Below, piece by piece: positions 1 through 14,313 of a stretch of DNA of 64,000 nt. The position numbers and the translations under genes were made by a program. How positions within the stretch are numbered: position 1 is the first letter of the stretch; each line of letters starts with the position of its first letter. The notes beneath the pieces were generated by a model. It was not told the DNA's origin and searched no databases. It worked only from the letters and a program-made list of their open reading frames with translations. The DNA is from Macrostomum lignano (lineage: Eukaryota): NCBI GenBank assembly GCA_002269645.1, contig NIVC01000572.1, positions 310,001 to 374,000 of the forward strand, in the 5' to 3' direction.

Positions 1-1
1 A

Positions 2-493
2 ATGGAGGCGCTGCTGGTTTTCGGCGGAGTGTACTCGGACCTCGACGTGATCTCGCTGAGATCGATGCAGCCGTTGAGAAACTACTCGTTCACCATCGGT
101 CGGGAGCTGCCTCAGAACCTGTGCAACGGAGTGTTCTTGTCAGCGCCGAACTCAACACTGCTGGCTCTGTGGCACGTGGCCTACCAGTCACTGGACGACT
201 CCAGCTGGGGTGAGCACTCGCTGATGCTGCCCAACCGGCTGTGCCACGCATTTCCTGAGCACTGCCACGTCGAGCAGGACAGCATGGACCGTCCGAACTT
301 TCTACCAAGGGAGATTGTGCTCATCTACGGTAAACAGAGAGGCTGGGACTGGCGCAAGAAGAACTACGCAATGCACTTGTGGTACCGTATGCACAAGCGC
401 AAGTATAGCATGGAGAGCATTAAGCACGTCGACTCAATGCTCGGCGACATGTTTAGATTCGTATTGTTTGGTAACAGCACGCTTGTAACGTGA
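2..493 (+). CDS. 3' part of a GT32 (alpha-1,4-glycosyltransferase-like, DXD) gene; 5' end is outside the window
   Basis: MEALLVFGGVYSDLDV carries the GT32 'GGVYxDxD' motif. Nearly identical in DNA to 4868-5359 up to about 25 nt before the stop. Confidence 0.85.
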   Translation: MEALLVFGGVYSDLDVISLRSMQPLRNYSFTIGRELPQNLCNGVFLSAPNSTLLALWHVAYQSLDDSSWGEHSLMLPNRLCHAFPEHCHVEQDSMDRPNFLPREIVLIYGKQRGWDWRKKNYAMHLWYRMHKRKYSMESIKHVDSMLGDMFRFVLFGNSTLVT

Positions 494-1129
494 GAAATGT
501 CACCTGAAGTTTGCAATAAATATTGTAACTGATTCCAAGTTTCTTATTCAGCCAGTAAACTTATTAAACTCTTCTTTTCGAAGCACAGAGAAAAATGCGT
601 ACTGTAATGTAGAGAGTTCACGTTACTGAATAAATAGTGTCGGTATAAGATTTATGCAATTGTAAATTTTAGAAAGACTTGTGATACACAATATTTTGTT
701 TGCAATTTTGTTTACCGATCGCACTGCGACAGGTTTACAGGCTAGTGTTGCTGCTAGCCTGTGGTTAACATGTAGAGAACGTCGTGCTCGTGCGGATCAG
801 ACGACACTAAGGCTTCAATGTTAGTTCATATACTGTATGACTTTATATTCAATTCAACAGTAGCTAATGAACCAGTTAATACGAGCTAGCTTGAATCTCC
901 TGACTCAGTGATATAGCTGGCAAATGATTTAGGCAAGTCGATTGGGTCCTCTTATTTTGTCAAATTCAATAACATACCTGACATGGAGCACGTGAAAGAA
1001 TTAGTCACGCGCGGGAACTAAAAAACACTGACTACGGAGCACAGGGCAAAGATACCTCACTGAATTTACTAGGTAGTTCTAAATTTCACATCATGGTGTA
1101 AATAGTGGGTCCCATAGTTCATAAATGAC

Positions 1130-3360
1130 CAGATAGGCGGAACGCCACGAGGAGACTGGCGCAACTCGATCATGCGCTGGTTCGCATGCGCGAGCGCCGC
1201 CTAGTCACCATGGCTCCACTGGCTCCCCAACCAGACCACCGACCTCTGATCTGCGACTTGCGGCTTAACGACCAGCTCTACCGACCGCCAAAGCAGCAGC
1301 CACGGCGCTACTATCGCGCTCTGTCGAACAGCCGCGTGATGCGTCAATTCGCGGGCGCCTTCGTCGGCGCGCTTGTAGACCAGCGAGGCGAAGTATCTCG
1401 AGCGAAGCCGTTAGAGCCGTTGCGGAGCAGAAGGTCCCGCTGATGCGGCCAGCGCAAAAATCGCTGCCTGTCTGGCAGAGCGACCCGATCATCAGGCAGG
1501 CGCGGTTCAACATCGAGAGAAAAAGACGCGTTTGAGCGCCTTCTAGATAAGCGGCAGCAGGCCGCTCACGACGACGCCGTCCGGTTCATCACTGCAGCTG
1601 GCACCGACGTGAAGAGCGGCAGTGTGGACGGCCGACGGGGCGCAAAAAATGCGTGGCGCTGAATCTAGCCAGCGATACCCTGGAGGAGCGCAGGAATGAA
1701 TCGCACGACTTCTTCGCCGGCATCGTGAACGCGTTCGCGTCGCCGCTGCCTGTCAGTTTTGCACTCCCACCGGACACGCCGCTCCCAGCTGAGGAGGACT
1801 TCTGCAGCAGCCCAATCACCACGGAGGACGTTGTGCTGTTCGTTCAGAAAACATCAGGCGGCAAGGCGCTCGGTCCCGACGAAGTCCCGGTCGAGCCCAG
1901 GTCACAGGCGTCATGAACCGCGTGCTCGCCGGCGCCCCCACGCCCACCAAGTGGACCGTTGGGCACATAGCGCCGATCCCGACGAAGGCAGGGACAACGC
2001 GGAAAGACCACCGCGGGATCTCGCTGATGTCCTGCACCGCGAAGCTCTTCAACCGGCTGCTGCTCGATCGTCTGCAGTCGGTGCTCGACCCGTACCTGCG
2101 GTACGAGCAGAACAGATTCCGGCCGCAAAGCGGTACAGTGACACAGATCTTGGCACTCCGCCGTGTCATCGAGGAGGTGCGCATCCGCCAGTCTACGCTG
2201 ATCATTGTCTTCGTTGACTTTCTAAAGTCGTTTGACTCGGTGCTGAGAGCCGCGCTTCCATTCGTCCTTCGAGCCTACCGGGTCCCGCAGCAGCTAATCG
2301 ACGCTGTCATGGCGTTGTATTGCGACACTCGAGCTGCTGTGGTGACGGCGGACGGCCTGTCTGACCTGTTCGACACTTCACCAGGAGTTCTGCAGGGCGA
2401 CACGCTGGTGCCGTTCCTCTTCGTGCTGCTGCTGGACTGGGTGCTTCGGACCGCACTCCCCTCGGCTGACGACGGCTTCCTGCTGCGCAGACGCATCGGT
2501 CACCGCCACGGCGAAAAGCGCCTGAGCGTGCTTGGTTACGTCGACAACCTCGCTCTCCTGTCCTTGTCCATTGAAGGCGCCCAGCGCCAGATCGACAGGC
2601 TGATCGAGGTTGCATCGAGCGTCGGTCTGGTTGTCAACAAGCTGAAGACCGAGGTGCTGACTGTGCCGGCCGACATCCCAGCGGACCTGACGTGCCGCGG
2701 CGCAGACGGGCAGACGACCAGGCTCGCACGCTGCCAGTGGTTCACCTACCTCTGTGGTCTGTTGCCCCAAGTGGAGGAAGACCTCCGGCAGCGCAGAGGA
2801 CTTGCCTGGGCGGCCTTCCGTTCGATTCGGACCGTCGTCCAGGCCGAAGCGCTGCCCGACTGCCAGAGGGCTCGGCTGTGGCAGGCGGTGGTCAAAACCT
2901 TCCTGTTATACAACGCCGAGACGTGGACGCTGACGGCTACGCTGGAGCGGCAGCTGGACTCGGCGCACTCAGGACTGCTCCGTGCGGCTTTCGAGCTGAC
3001 GAGAGCGTCGGGACCGAGGCCCTGTACGATCGGGCCAGCTGCAGCGCCCGTCCATCATCCTGAGCAGGTGGCGACTTAGACTGGCGGGTCACGTGATCCG
3101 GGCCGAGGGCTACTGCCCCCAACCTGTTCAGGAAGTCCTGCTGCTCACCTTACAGGGCCCGCTCAGGCGGGGTCAGGCCCGAACCCGTGGACTGCCTCCT
3201 ATAAGACGCCGGGGCGCCCGACACTGCCAACGGGGCGGACTTCGTCCGCTCTCAGGCTCTGCGGCGCCATCTGACGCACCCTGCTCTGTGACTTCTTTCG
3301 GGGCTGCGTAATTTGTTGTTGTTTTTGTTGTTTTTGTTGTTGTTGTTTTTATTGTTGTTG
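1130..3360 (+). mobile_element. 5'-truncated, frameshifted non-LTR retrotransposon (RTE-like clade)
   Basis: End of an AP-endonuclease (QLDHALV...DHRPLICDL). RT motifs in ORF 1913-3079: RGISLMS, FVDFLKSFDSV, GVLQGDTLVPFLF, YVDNLAL, FTYL. Ends in a (TTG)n-like tail at 3314-3360. Confidence 0.9.
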
Positions 3361-3867
3361 AAAATACTTGTACGACCATAAATTCTACCTGACAATTAAG
3401 ATGGTAAGCAATGTATGACAATTAATACGACAGCAGAACGTCCGGTGTAATACAAAAGTACCAGTTTACCAGCGTTGTAGATAGAGATCAGATTTTTTAC
3501 TGATTGACCGTCGTAAAAAAGAAATTCGCAACTTGTTAATAAAGATATACTCTTACACCTACTCGGCATCTAAAGTATGCGTCGCACACAGCTAAGGTGT
3601 ACAATTCTCTGTACACGCTTGTGTGTATGCAACTGTACAGGGCTGCTACGCTCGTATAAACCACTGATAAGAAATAACACGGCTGAAATGCCTTCCTCGC
3701 TCAAGCGCTGCATGTAATATAATAATAGGTACAGCTAAATTTCAGGAGTTGACTATAAGAGTTAGCCAACCGACTAACCCCAATAAGCAAGCACGTTAGA
3801 CCTCAGCCTATCCCCATATACTAACCGTTGAATTTTCTATATCCTCAGACCACCGTTAGATCTCTAG

Positions 3868-5359
3868 ATGCCGAACTGCAGCACAAGCCAGAGCCGCCGT
3901 GGATTCGCCATCCTTCTAGCAATTTCCGTGTGCCTGACCTTGGCGTATTGGACATTGGCTAAAGCATACACACCTGGTAAATATTTTTACAATAAGTTTG
4001 AATGTACAGTGGACAGTGGATAAGCGCATATAAGTAATTGAATGACACGAATTCCAATGTCTGTGCCTGCTGTGCGCTCATAAGAAGAGGAAAATGGTTA
4101 TAGAATTTGTTATATTTTATTATATTAGAAAGCTTTTTAGCTTTTAGATAAAGTTGCTTCTTTTGCGGTAAATTCCGAAAGATAAACCCATTTTTCATGA
4201 GTAAAATATTAGACTATGGATAGAAATCAATCTATAAAAAATTCTGATTGACGGACATTTCAACTGCTAAAATTATTTTTGTTTTATTTTATATTATCGA
4301 ATTTCAGATAACAGCACGATCTACTCTCGTGAAGAGCTAAAAAATCAATCTGTCAACTGCAAAGCCTTCCTCTATGCACAACTTGATGTTGACTTTCTAG
4401 TTGAAAAATTCGATTTGTTGAAGAAGATCGTGAAACCACTGGCGAGGAAATACACAGCGAAGGTGGACCAGCTGATGGTGCATCGGCTTCCCGTGGTTGA
4501 CACGAAGCACTGGGAGCTGCACAGACCCAACGGTGAGCGGCTGTCTGTTCAAGCAGTGCAGCAGCTGCTCAGAGATCCCAACTACAAAGTGCCGAACGCT
4601 GTGCACTACATCCTGCCATTCAGCGATCCGGTGATCCAGTTTCACCACTTGGTCTGCATCCTGAGCGGCGTGTGGGTTCTGCGACCCGACTTTGTGATCT
4701 TCTGGTACAGCAGCGAGCCGAAGGGACAGAACTGGAACCTGCTGAAGCGAAACCTCACCGAGTCCGGCGTGTGGTTCACCAAAGTGTTGCTGGCTCACAG
4801 AAGTGTGCCAAAGTCGGTGTACACCCAGCCAGTGCTGATCAGAGAGCACCAGTCCGACGTCATTCGAATGGAGGCGCTGCTGGTTTTCGGCGGAGTGTAC
4901 TCGGACCTCGACGTGATCTCGCTGAGATCGATGCAGCCGTTGAGAAACTACTCGTTCACCATCGGTCGGGAGCTGCCTCAGAACCTGTGCAACGGAGTGT
5001 TCTTGTCAGCGCCGAACTCAACACTGCTGGCTCTGTGGCACGTGGCCTACCAGTCACTGGACGACTCCGGCTGGGGTGAGCACTCGCTGATGCTGCCCAA
5101 CCGGCTGTGCCACGCCTTTCCTGAGCACTGCCACGTCGAGCAGGACAGCATGGACCGTCCGAACTTTCTACCAAAGGAGATTGTGCTCATCTACGGTAAA
5201 CAGAGAGGCTGGGACTGGCGCAAGAAGAACTACGCAATGCACCTGTGGTACCGTATGCACAAGCGCAAGTATAGCATGGAGAGCATTAAGCACGTCGACT
5301 CAATGCTCGGCGACATGTTCAGATTCGTATTGTATGGAAATAGCAGCTTGCAACACTGA
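3868..5359 (+). CDS. GT32-family type II membrane glycosyltransferase (A4GNT/A4GALT-like). Exons 3868-3976 and 4308-5359, ~386 aa
   Basis: Exon 1 is MPNCSTSQSRRGFAILLAISVCLTLAYWTLAKAYTP (signal anchor) with a phase-1 GTAAAT donor. Acceptor tttcag at 4307 opens the frame into ORF 4415-5359, which has VPNAVHYI, HQSDVIRMEAL and GGVYSDLDV. Confidence 0.85.
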
Positions 5360-6001
5360 AAATGTTGCAATAACTTTTGAGAAACTTACAGACACTCAAA
5401 CCTCACATACCCCCATAGTCTCACAATAACAAAATACTTCGTATTTTCACGCGATCAAAAAATTACATGGTAGCATTTAAATTCAACGACAACTCGTCAA
5501 AAATGGTACCCTTTTTTCTAAAAGATGAACGTCTGTTCACGATTCCCATGTTTCATTGCTTATATTATAGCTACTCTAAGTAGCATAGAACAATTATAGC
5601 ATTTGAATGTTGTAAATTTAGACAACAGTAGAAATTCGATGTGTATGCGAATATTGCAATAAATCTGAACACAACGGCTGTAGACGGCTGTAGATGGTAC
5701 TCGATCCGCGTATCATTGTGCATGCTACGAACTAATTGAAGGATATGCAGCAGTAAAACACAAGCTGAATATTACCACAGCAAAATAATATCCTCGCAAC
5801 ATTTATTATAACAGAACAGTTGAGAATAAAATAAACAAATTTAACGATCCTTCATTTAAGACGCGAATGCTACAAATACTTTGATTAAGCGTTAGAAGTA
5901 CGATCTTTTGGCATTTGCTCTGCTTCTAGGAATATTGCTGGAAATTTGGTCAACAATGACGAAAGTGTCCAACTGCCGTTTTCGCTTGATGAAAGTTCAA
6001 A

Positions 6002-6856
6002 TTAAATTAAGGCTGTTATTTGACCGCTCATTGAACTGTGTCTCACCTGGCGCACCTCGCTGTACCAGCGGTTCAATCGCCTCTTCCGAAGTACGATCGC
6101 TACTGATGACAAAACGAATACGGCACCAATCGCAGTAGCAGTCAGAGCCGCTGACAGTGTGTGCATGTCGTTGATGCCAGCTGGTGATATTCTAACAAAC
6201 TGTTGCTGTCGTAGTTCTTGTCTTAATATGGCGTCAGCACAATAGTTATTGTCGCTGCAGGCAAACTCCAGCATGCGATACCCCTTCAGACCTTTTGTGT
6301 CCACAAGGTACGCAAGGCTCAGAGGATCGGCAATGCAGGCGACCTCTCCGACCCGTTTTTCTCCTAGCACCACCAGGCTATAGTTAACACACATCGATCT
6401 TAATGCGTCGTCTGTCCCGCAACGACGCGACAGGCCGTTCTTTTGATTGACACAAACTGCACTACCGTCTGCAGTAGGGGTGGCAAATGCAAAGTCAGCA
6501 ATGCGTCGGTGGCTTCCACGTTGACGTGAGCCTGCGTTGAGTTGTTTATCGGCGCAAGAAAGATCCAAGGCAAGCAATCTGCTGCTGCTCTCCTGATGTA
6601 AGCTCGGCGGCAGCGGTGGGATTGCCACAAACGCTCGTGCCCAGCAGCCTGACTGACAAGCTGCGATGCTGCTTCGAGAGAGAGCATCCGTGCTGCTTGC
6701 GTTGATGCAATCAACAAGTCCTTGACAACGAAAGCTACGACAATGAAGCGACGAAATCGTCTGCTTCAACTGTTGCGAACATGCAGTCGGACAAGCAAAT
6801 ATTAACTGTTTGATGACCGCTAATAGAACTATGTTTAGTTGAGCATTCAGAACCAT
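6002..6856 (-). CDS. Single-exon Cys-rich type I membrane protein (signal peptide, ectodomain, TM, short tail); family not recognised
   Basis: 284-aa ORF with a hydrophobic N-terminus, many Cys ending in CSDNNYC, a TM segment AIGAVFVLSSVAIVL followed by RKRR, and a ~28-aa cytoplasmic tail. Confidence 0.7.
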   Translation of the reverse strand: MVLNAQLNIVLLAVIKQLIFACPTACSQQLKQTISSLHCRSFRCQGLVDCINASSTDALSRSSIAACQSGCWARAFVAIPPLPPSLHQESSSRLLALDLSCADKQLNAGSRQRGSHRRIADFAFATPTADGSAVCVNQKNGLSRRCGTDDALRSMCVNYSLVVLGEKRVGEVACIADPLSLAYLVDTKGLKGYRMLEFACSDNNYCADAILRQELRQQQFVRISPAGINDMHTLSAALTATAIGAVFVLSSVAIVLRKRRLNRWYSEVRQVRHSSMSGQITALI

Positions 6857-7780
6857 AGGAAAGCTATTTAGAAGCTAAACTTGATTGAGTTCAGATGCAT
6901 GCAGTGATTGCTCCAACCAAAGCATTGGTTTCTATATATACATACTTATGGGCACGCGTGATTGGTTCCCTCTAAATTGCAATCTGAATCTATACTCACT
7001 TTGGTATAAAGTGAAGCATCTAGAGATTTTGTGTTAGCTCACCGTTAGAAAATGAGCTTATATAAACAATACAAAAGGCAAGAGTGGACAGCAGGATGCT
7101 GAACCCAGATTAACGGTTGGGAACTGCAACTTAGTTGATCCAAGCGGTCATTCCCAGGATCACTTAACCGAGAGGTAGCGAGCAATTAGGATCCTGCCCA
7201 TTCAATAGCGATGAGTCATCTGCTTCACCTCACCTGCCGTAGCAATTTTTCCTCTTCCTTCATCGCACAGTTCAGAAATTAGATAGGACCTACATCGACG
7301 GGCTCCTAAGATTGTGGTGATCTCCTTGGCAAGGTGAGATAGCATCGATTCCCTTAATTATGTGCCCCAATCTTTCCGTTCAAATTGTCGCATTACGATC
7401 CAATGATCTAACGTCACTTGTGATAGCTATCGAATTTTTCATTGAAAAGAATTTTGAGAAAGAAAGAAGCCTGTAAAATGAGACAAAAAGCCCAGGAATT
7501 GTGGTATGAGCCGAGTGAGTATGCAGCCAAAGCACGAATCTTTGTGTGTAGACTTACAATTGAAGCTTAGCCTGGCGTACTAAAAGGGTATAGAAAGATG
7601 CAGGTCGCATATTGTCTTCTGTGTTTCTGCGTTCGCATCTGAGTATGTGTGTGCATGCATATTTTCAAGGCTTATATATTGACACTTAGAAGCTACAAAA
7701 CCATTCCACAATCTTCTCTATTCAAACACTGAATGAAGACTCTCTATTGAGAGCTCTGCCTTTCGAAAAAAACAGTCTAG

Positions 7781-9264
<1,484 letters not shown>

Positions 9265-9595
9265 CTGTCCTTATATTACTCATACAATTGTATGCAAATA
9301 ATTGTATGTACGTTAGTCATCAAGTTTTGGTGTTAGGAATTTTTAAAATATTTTATGCAGCATATTGACAAAATATAAGTCCTGCTAATCTACACTCGTA
9401 GTATATACTTGTACATGCTACTAGACTAAATTTACTAAATATATACTGACCTTTTTATATCACTATATAGTGCTAGTATAGTGCGTATTTACATGTAGTA
9501 CCGCTCGATCTGGGTGGGGTTTCCCTGTAGACAATTACCGGTCTATACTCAAAAAATCCTATCTCGAGGGCATATACTAATGTGTTTAGCTAGTA

Positions 9596-10459
9596 CAGGA
9601 GCGTCACCAACGGGGGGACAGGGGCGACATGTCCCCCCAGTAAAAGATCTGGGGGGGGGGGCATACCAATGCTTTGTTCCTCCCACCCCACCTTGTAGCC
9701 CGTTGTGGAAATCAATAATTTTGCTGCATGGTGACAAAACATGGCACCTGCGGCGCTAGAATGAGTGCCTGCGGCGCTAGAATGGCACCTGCGGCGCTAA
9801 AATGGCACCTGCGGCGCTAAAATGGTGCCTGCGGCGCTAAAATGGTGCCTGCGGCGCTAAAATGGCACCTGCAGCGCTAAAATGGCACCTGCAGCGCTAA
9901 AATGGCACCTGCAGCGCTAAAATGGTGCCTGCGGCGCTAGAATGAGTGCCTGCGGCGCTAGAATGAGTGCCTGCGGCGCTAGAATGAGTGCCTGCGGCGC
10001 TAGAATGAGTGCCTGCGGCGCTAAAATGGCACCTGCAGCGCTAAAATGGCACCTGCAGCGCTAAAATGGTGCCTGCGGCGCTAAAATGAGTGCCTGCGGC
10101 GCTAGAATGAGTGCCTGCGGCGCTAGAATGAGTGCCTGTGGCGCTAGAATGAGTGCCTGCGGCGCTAGAATGAGTGCCTGCGGCGCTAGAATGAGTGCCT
10201 GTGGCGCTAGAATGAGTGCCTGTGGCGCTAGAATGAGTGCCTGCGGCGCTAGAATGAGTGCCTGCGGCGCTAGAATGAGTGCCTGTGGCGCTAGAATGAG
10301 TGCCTGCGGCGCTAGAATGAGTGCCTGCGGCGCTAGAATGAGTGCTGACAACACCGATTCTGAAAAGAATGTACATGTAGGAATTTAGTCGTTTACATGT
10401 ACATATAGAATACTTGGCTTTGACCCCCCCCCACCATAAAAACCATGGCGACGCCCCTG
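9596..10459. mobile_element. Non-autonomous TIR element (hAT-like CAGGGGCG termini) carrying an internal 20-bp minisatellite (CTGCGGCGCTAGAATGAGTG-type, ~9740-10345)
   Basis: Left end CAGGAGCGTCACCA; right end reverse-complements to CAGGGGCGTCGCCA. The TSD is not clearly preserved. Confidence 0.65.
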
Positions 10460-11339
10460 AGCCATATAGTACATACATGTGCAAATGCATTAGCAATGCG
10501 AATTAAATTTCCTACCGGCATCCAGCTCATTTCTAAAAAAACAAATTTTACACTCTGCTGTGCACATGGTGCATGTAAATGTAAAAAAATATATCTAATA
10601 TATACTTCATGTGCACTACAGGTATTACGGGTGCAAGTGAATTTAACATCAATTATATAATTATCGTATATAATCGTATATAATTATAGTACATGTAATT
10701 TGCGCTAATAATTTGCGCGAAGAGACAAGCCACGAACGAGCGGTTTTATTGATTGAGGACGCAATCTTTTTTTCAATCTTAAAACCGCACATTTTGCTTC
10801 GATGCGCTCTTTCCCCTACTGTCAGTAGCTAGCTTAGGATTTTCTCTACATTCTCTCATCTAGGCTGAGTTCTATACTAATTTATGACATTATTATTAAT
10901 TATGTTAGATACTCAATTTACTTCCCTTAGGATTCTAATTTTGGATTGTTTACGCATCTTTGAAGGTCAGACTGTCTGGGTTTGAGGCGGATTGACCTCT
11001 AACAGTCTAGACAGGCGACACTAAGTCTTGGGAGGAATGTTTTTAATCTCATTCTGATCCCCTGATTTGAGACTTTTTTACTGTTTTTATAGTGACTTAT
11101 GGCGGTCTAGCTGTCACTTTTGGCTCCAGCCTGTCTGGGTCAAAGAGGTCTTTCCAGCTTCCTCCCCACTCGCTCTGTTACCTTCTCCTTTGGTTTATGG
11201 GCGTTTTGCAGTCACTTTTGGCGCCAGTAGGATGTCTAGACAAGTGACTTTTATTCGGTTTTGCTCATGATTTATGACCGCACCTGTCAGCTCCCCTGGG
11301 GTCCGAAGGCCACATGGTGGGGTGGGTTTTGGGGTCTTG

Positions 11340-11480
11340 AGCTCAGCCAATCAGAGACGACCTGACTGCCCCCGGCTCGTCCAATCAGAAAATTCGGCGC
11401 CTATTTTAACAAAAGCTCTCAGCCAATCAGAAAATTCGGCGCGCGTCATAACAAATCGGTCGCATGAGAGCTATAAAAGG
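11340..11480 (+). promoter_or_regulatory. Orphan promoter-like cluster: three CCAAT boxes followed by a TATA box (possible LTR U3 relic)
   Basis: AGCCAATCAG (~11344), TCCAATCAGAAAATTCGGCGC (~11380), AGCCAATCAGAAAATTCGGCGC (~11421) and CTATAAAAGG (~11471). No convincing downstream ORF. Confidence 0.45.
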
Positions 11481-12940
11481 CGGCAACTCGACCCGCGCTC
11501 GAAAGGGCCTTCTTCCCACCTTCCGGCACACCCTGACCTTGGCCTTGGCCGGTCCTGCCGACCTGATCTTCTTCGGCTTCTGCTGCCTCTTCGGCATCTG
11601 ATCCCCCTTCCCCCGGCAGTTTCGGCTTCAACAGCTCAGTTCCCCCTGAGAAGCATCATCAGTACTTCTCGGCCGTGAACTGAGAGCAGCAACAACAACC
11701 GGCAGGTGAAGAGTAACGGCGGCACCCGTCAGTTAAGATCAGCAGCAGCATCCCATCCGAGCACTTCGGTCTCTGCGGATCCCTTGGCTACCGGCAGTTG
11801 GGTCCTCTGATTGGTTGGGTGAGATTCTTTCTTCTGAGCTGCTTAACTGGGTGCGCCCTTTGTTTGACCCCTTCCTGGGTAGTCTGATAGGATTTGCACT
11901 TTTGCTTACTTGCTTTTTGTGTGCCAAACTCGAGGCAGAAGTGTCATTTAATACTAAAGATAGCCATTTCGCTCTGACTCAATCTAAGGCGATTAGGATT
12001 GCGGATTAAGTGAGAAAGTTAAATCTGGAATTTAAAGACTTAGTGTTTTCTTTCTTTTTTCGCAATGCCAGCTGAGATGAGGGGCTAGATCTAGGGGCAG
12101 AGGTCACAGTGGACCGGAAGCGACACAGTTCCCAGTCAAACAGTCGATCTAAGCAATCATGATAAGCATGCAACCTAAGTGCCAGACATGGTTCTTTCGC
12201 GCATTCTCAGGCAGCTAAGCGGCTAAAACGAGTTAAATATTAGTCTAAAGATCTCCAAAGGCGGCAATACACCTACATCATCGCTATCTGTCGACGCGTT
12301 AACACTGCATTTAGTGCCAAAAGTGTGCAGTTACGTGTACTTGTACATGTACTTCTGGGAATCTGGTAATGAGATAGTACATTAGTAGTGTACAAGAGCG
12401 TTATGGACAAGCATTCAAGCATACAAACCTTAGAGATTTAGTATATTTAGATAAAGGCTCGCCAGCGCAAGAACCCCCTGCAAAAGTCCTCTCTGTCCCT
12501 GCATGGCCAATGCGATCTTAGTCCCAGCAGTGTCCCTTCTATTCGGCTATGACTTCGAGATAGACAGCTATAAGACACTAGATGGCAGGTAAGTGCAGTG
12601 CCCCTCTAGTCGGAAGTCCGATTTCGATCGCTCCGCGGTTTGGTGAGCCGGGGCGCACGGACTCGTGGCAGTGGGTTAGTTAATCTGCGGATTAGCTAGT
12701 CTCTACCTTTCAAATTCTCCCTGCTTGTCTCTCGCTGTCTTCTCTTAAGCTATAGGACCTTTGCTGCTCGCCCACAGTCTAGCTACCATGGGTCAGACCA
12801 TCTGACAGGAGTGAGAGGCCGCCAGAGCTTTAAGTGATTTATTTCTGAGTTCTGAGGCCCGAAGCTACAGGCTTAAAAAGTCCGAACCCATCATTATATT
12901 AAAAAGTACCAGCGAGGGCTAGCTGGAGAGATCGAGGCTT

Positions 12941-12982
12941 CAGGGCCGCATGGCCCGCAGGCCGTAGTTTAGCTGACCCCTG
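12941..12982 (-). mobile_element. Isolated hAT/Charlie-type terminal fragment
   Basis: Reverse complement reads CAGGGGTCAGCTAAACTACGGCCTGCGGGCCATGCGGCCC, a typical Charlie-like terminus. No partner end was found. Confidence 0.55.
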
Positions 12983-13611
12983 CCGCGGTGAATCGATTTA
13001 GCGCGGCTTTTAGTGTCCGATGAAGAGCTGAAGATTTTAGTGCAGAAGCCATGTACTATGTCACTGTACTGTCACTGCCAATGTCTGTCTGCAGTATTTT
13101 CTGTCTGCAGAAAATTTTACAGTATTTTCAATTACGATGACTGGTTCTTACAATTACATGTACACGATGCATGTGCGTTTAAAATTGCTGGATTTTTGCA
13201 AGAACAAAATCATTATGTAGACGCATCATAAAGACTAAAGAGAAATGATACTTATTTAGCTCTGGCTGGATTTCACAAATTCAGACGCGATACTTCTCTA
13301 CTCATGACCTTTATAGTCAGAAACACACAAACAACACGTCAGTTTTATGAATAGTATATTGAGATAGATGGTCAGTAGGAGTAGGATTCAACGCTTTTAA
13401 TCACACGCTTTTATACATGCAAGATTTAAATCTTTTTATAGCTTTTATACGTGTCTAAAATATACTTCGTATAACTGGTTGCAATTTTTATACTTTGAGT
13501 CGTGTTATAATTTTTCTAGTTCTTATAAAATGTCGCGCGCTTTTAAATAATTTTTTTCATTGATGAAAAAAAAAAATTGGCGCCCTTTCAAATACTATAT
13601 CATTGTAAAAC

Positions 13612-14313
13612 CAAGGACGACTTAAGTAGAAGGACGGGAAACCTCGTTTCTTAGAAAAGTTTTGAAGGCACTTTTTCCCGAAAAAATACACTACGGAGAT
13701 AGGAAGTTTTCATTTTTTCAGCACAAAAATTGTTATTGCGTTTGATAGGAGGCAGATCCAGTGTTCATCTTTTGATATGTTGTGCCTTTTTTATTGCTCT
13801 ATCGGTATTTATAAAGCTTTTCGTTCAGAAAATTAGCTAGGATTCTATGTTAATTTTTTATTCTACGTATATTTCCTGGATCTAAAAATCACAAAAATGC
13901 ATGACACAGCTCCAATATTTGGTTTTATGAACCTATTTTATCATCTCTGTAACAAATATTTGCTACACAGTCGGGTAAGAATGATAAAATAGACTCATGA
14001 AACCAAAGAGCCGAGCTGTGGCATTCTAATGTATTTCAAGCACAAGACACGCGAAAATATACGTAGAATAAAAAATTAACATAGAATCCCAATTTTCTGA
14101 ACGAAAAGCTTTATAAATACCGATAGAGCAATAAAAAAGGCACAACATATCAAAAGATGAACACTGGATCTGCCTCCTATCAAACGCAATAACAATTTTT
14201 GTGCTGAAAAAATGAAAACTTCCTATCTCCGTAGTGTATTTTTTCGGGAAAAAGTGCCTTCAAAACTTTTCTAAGAAACGAGGTTTCCCGTCCTTCTACT
14301 TAAGTCGTCCTTG
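13612..14313. mobile_element. 702-bp foldback MITE, P-superfamily-like (5'-CAAGG termini, 8-bp TSD)
   Basis: ~260-bp near-perfect inverted arms starting CAAGGACGACTTAAGTAGAAGGACGGG. TGTAAAAC is duplicated at 13604-13611 and 14314-14321. Confidence 0.85.

Noticed and set aside
1186-3421. Multiple overlapping short ORFs on both strands
   Set aside because: Shadow frames of the GC-rich RTE element; only the endonuclease end and RT frames carry recognisable motifs.
10041-10496. ALILAPQ / MSACGAR / GTHSSAA repeat ORFs (also 20120-20968, 21560-22168, 23958-24523, 29583-30093, 52775-54207 and 55410-56004)
   Set aside because: All frames are open simply because the minisatellite units lack stops; there is no unique flanking coding context.
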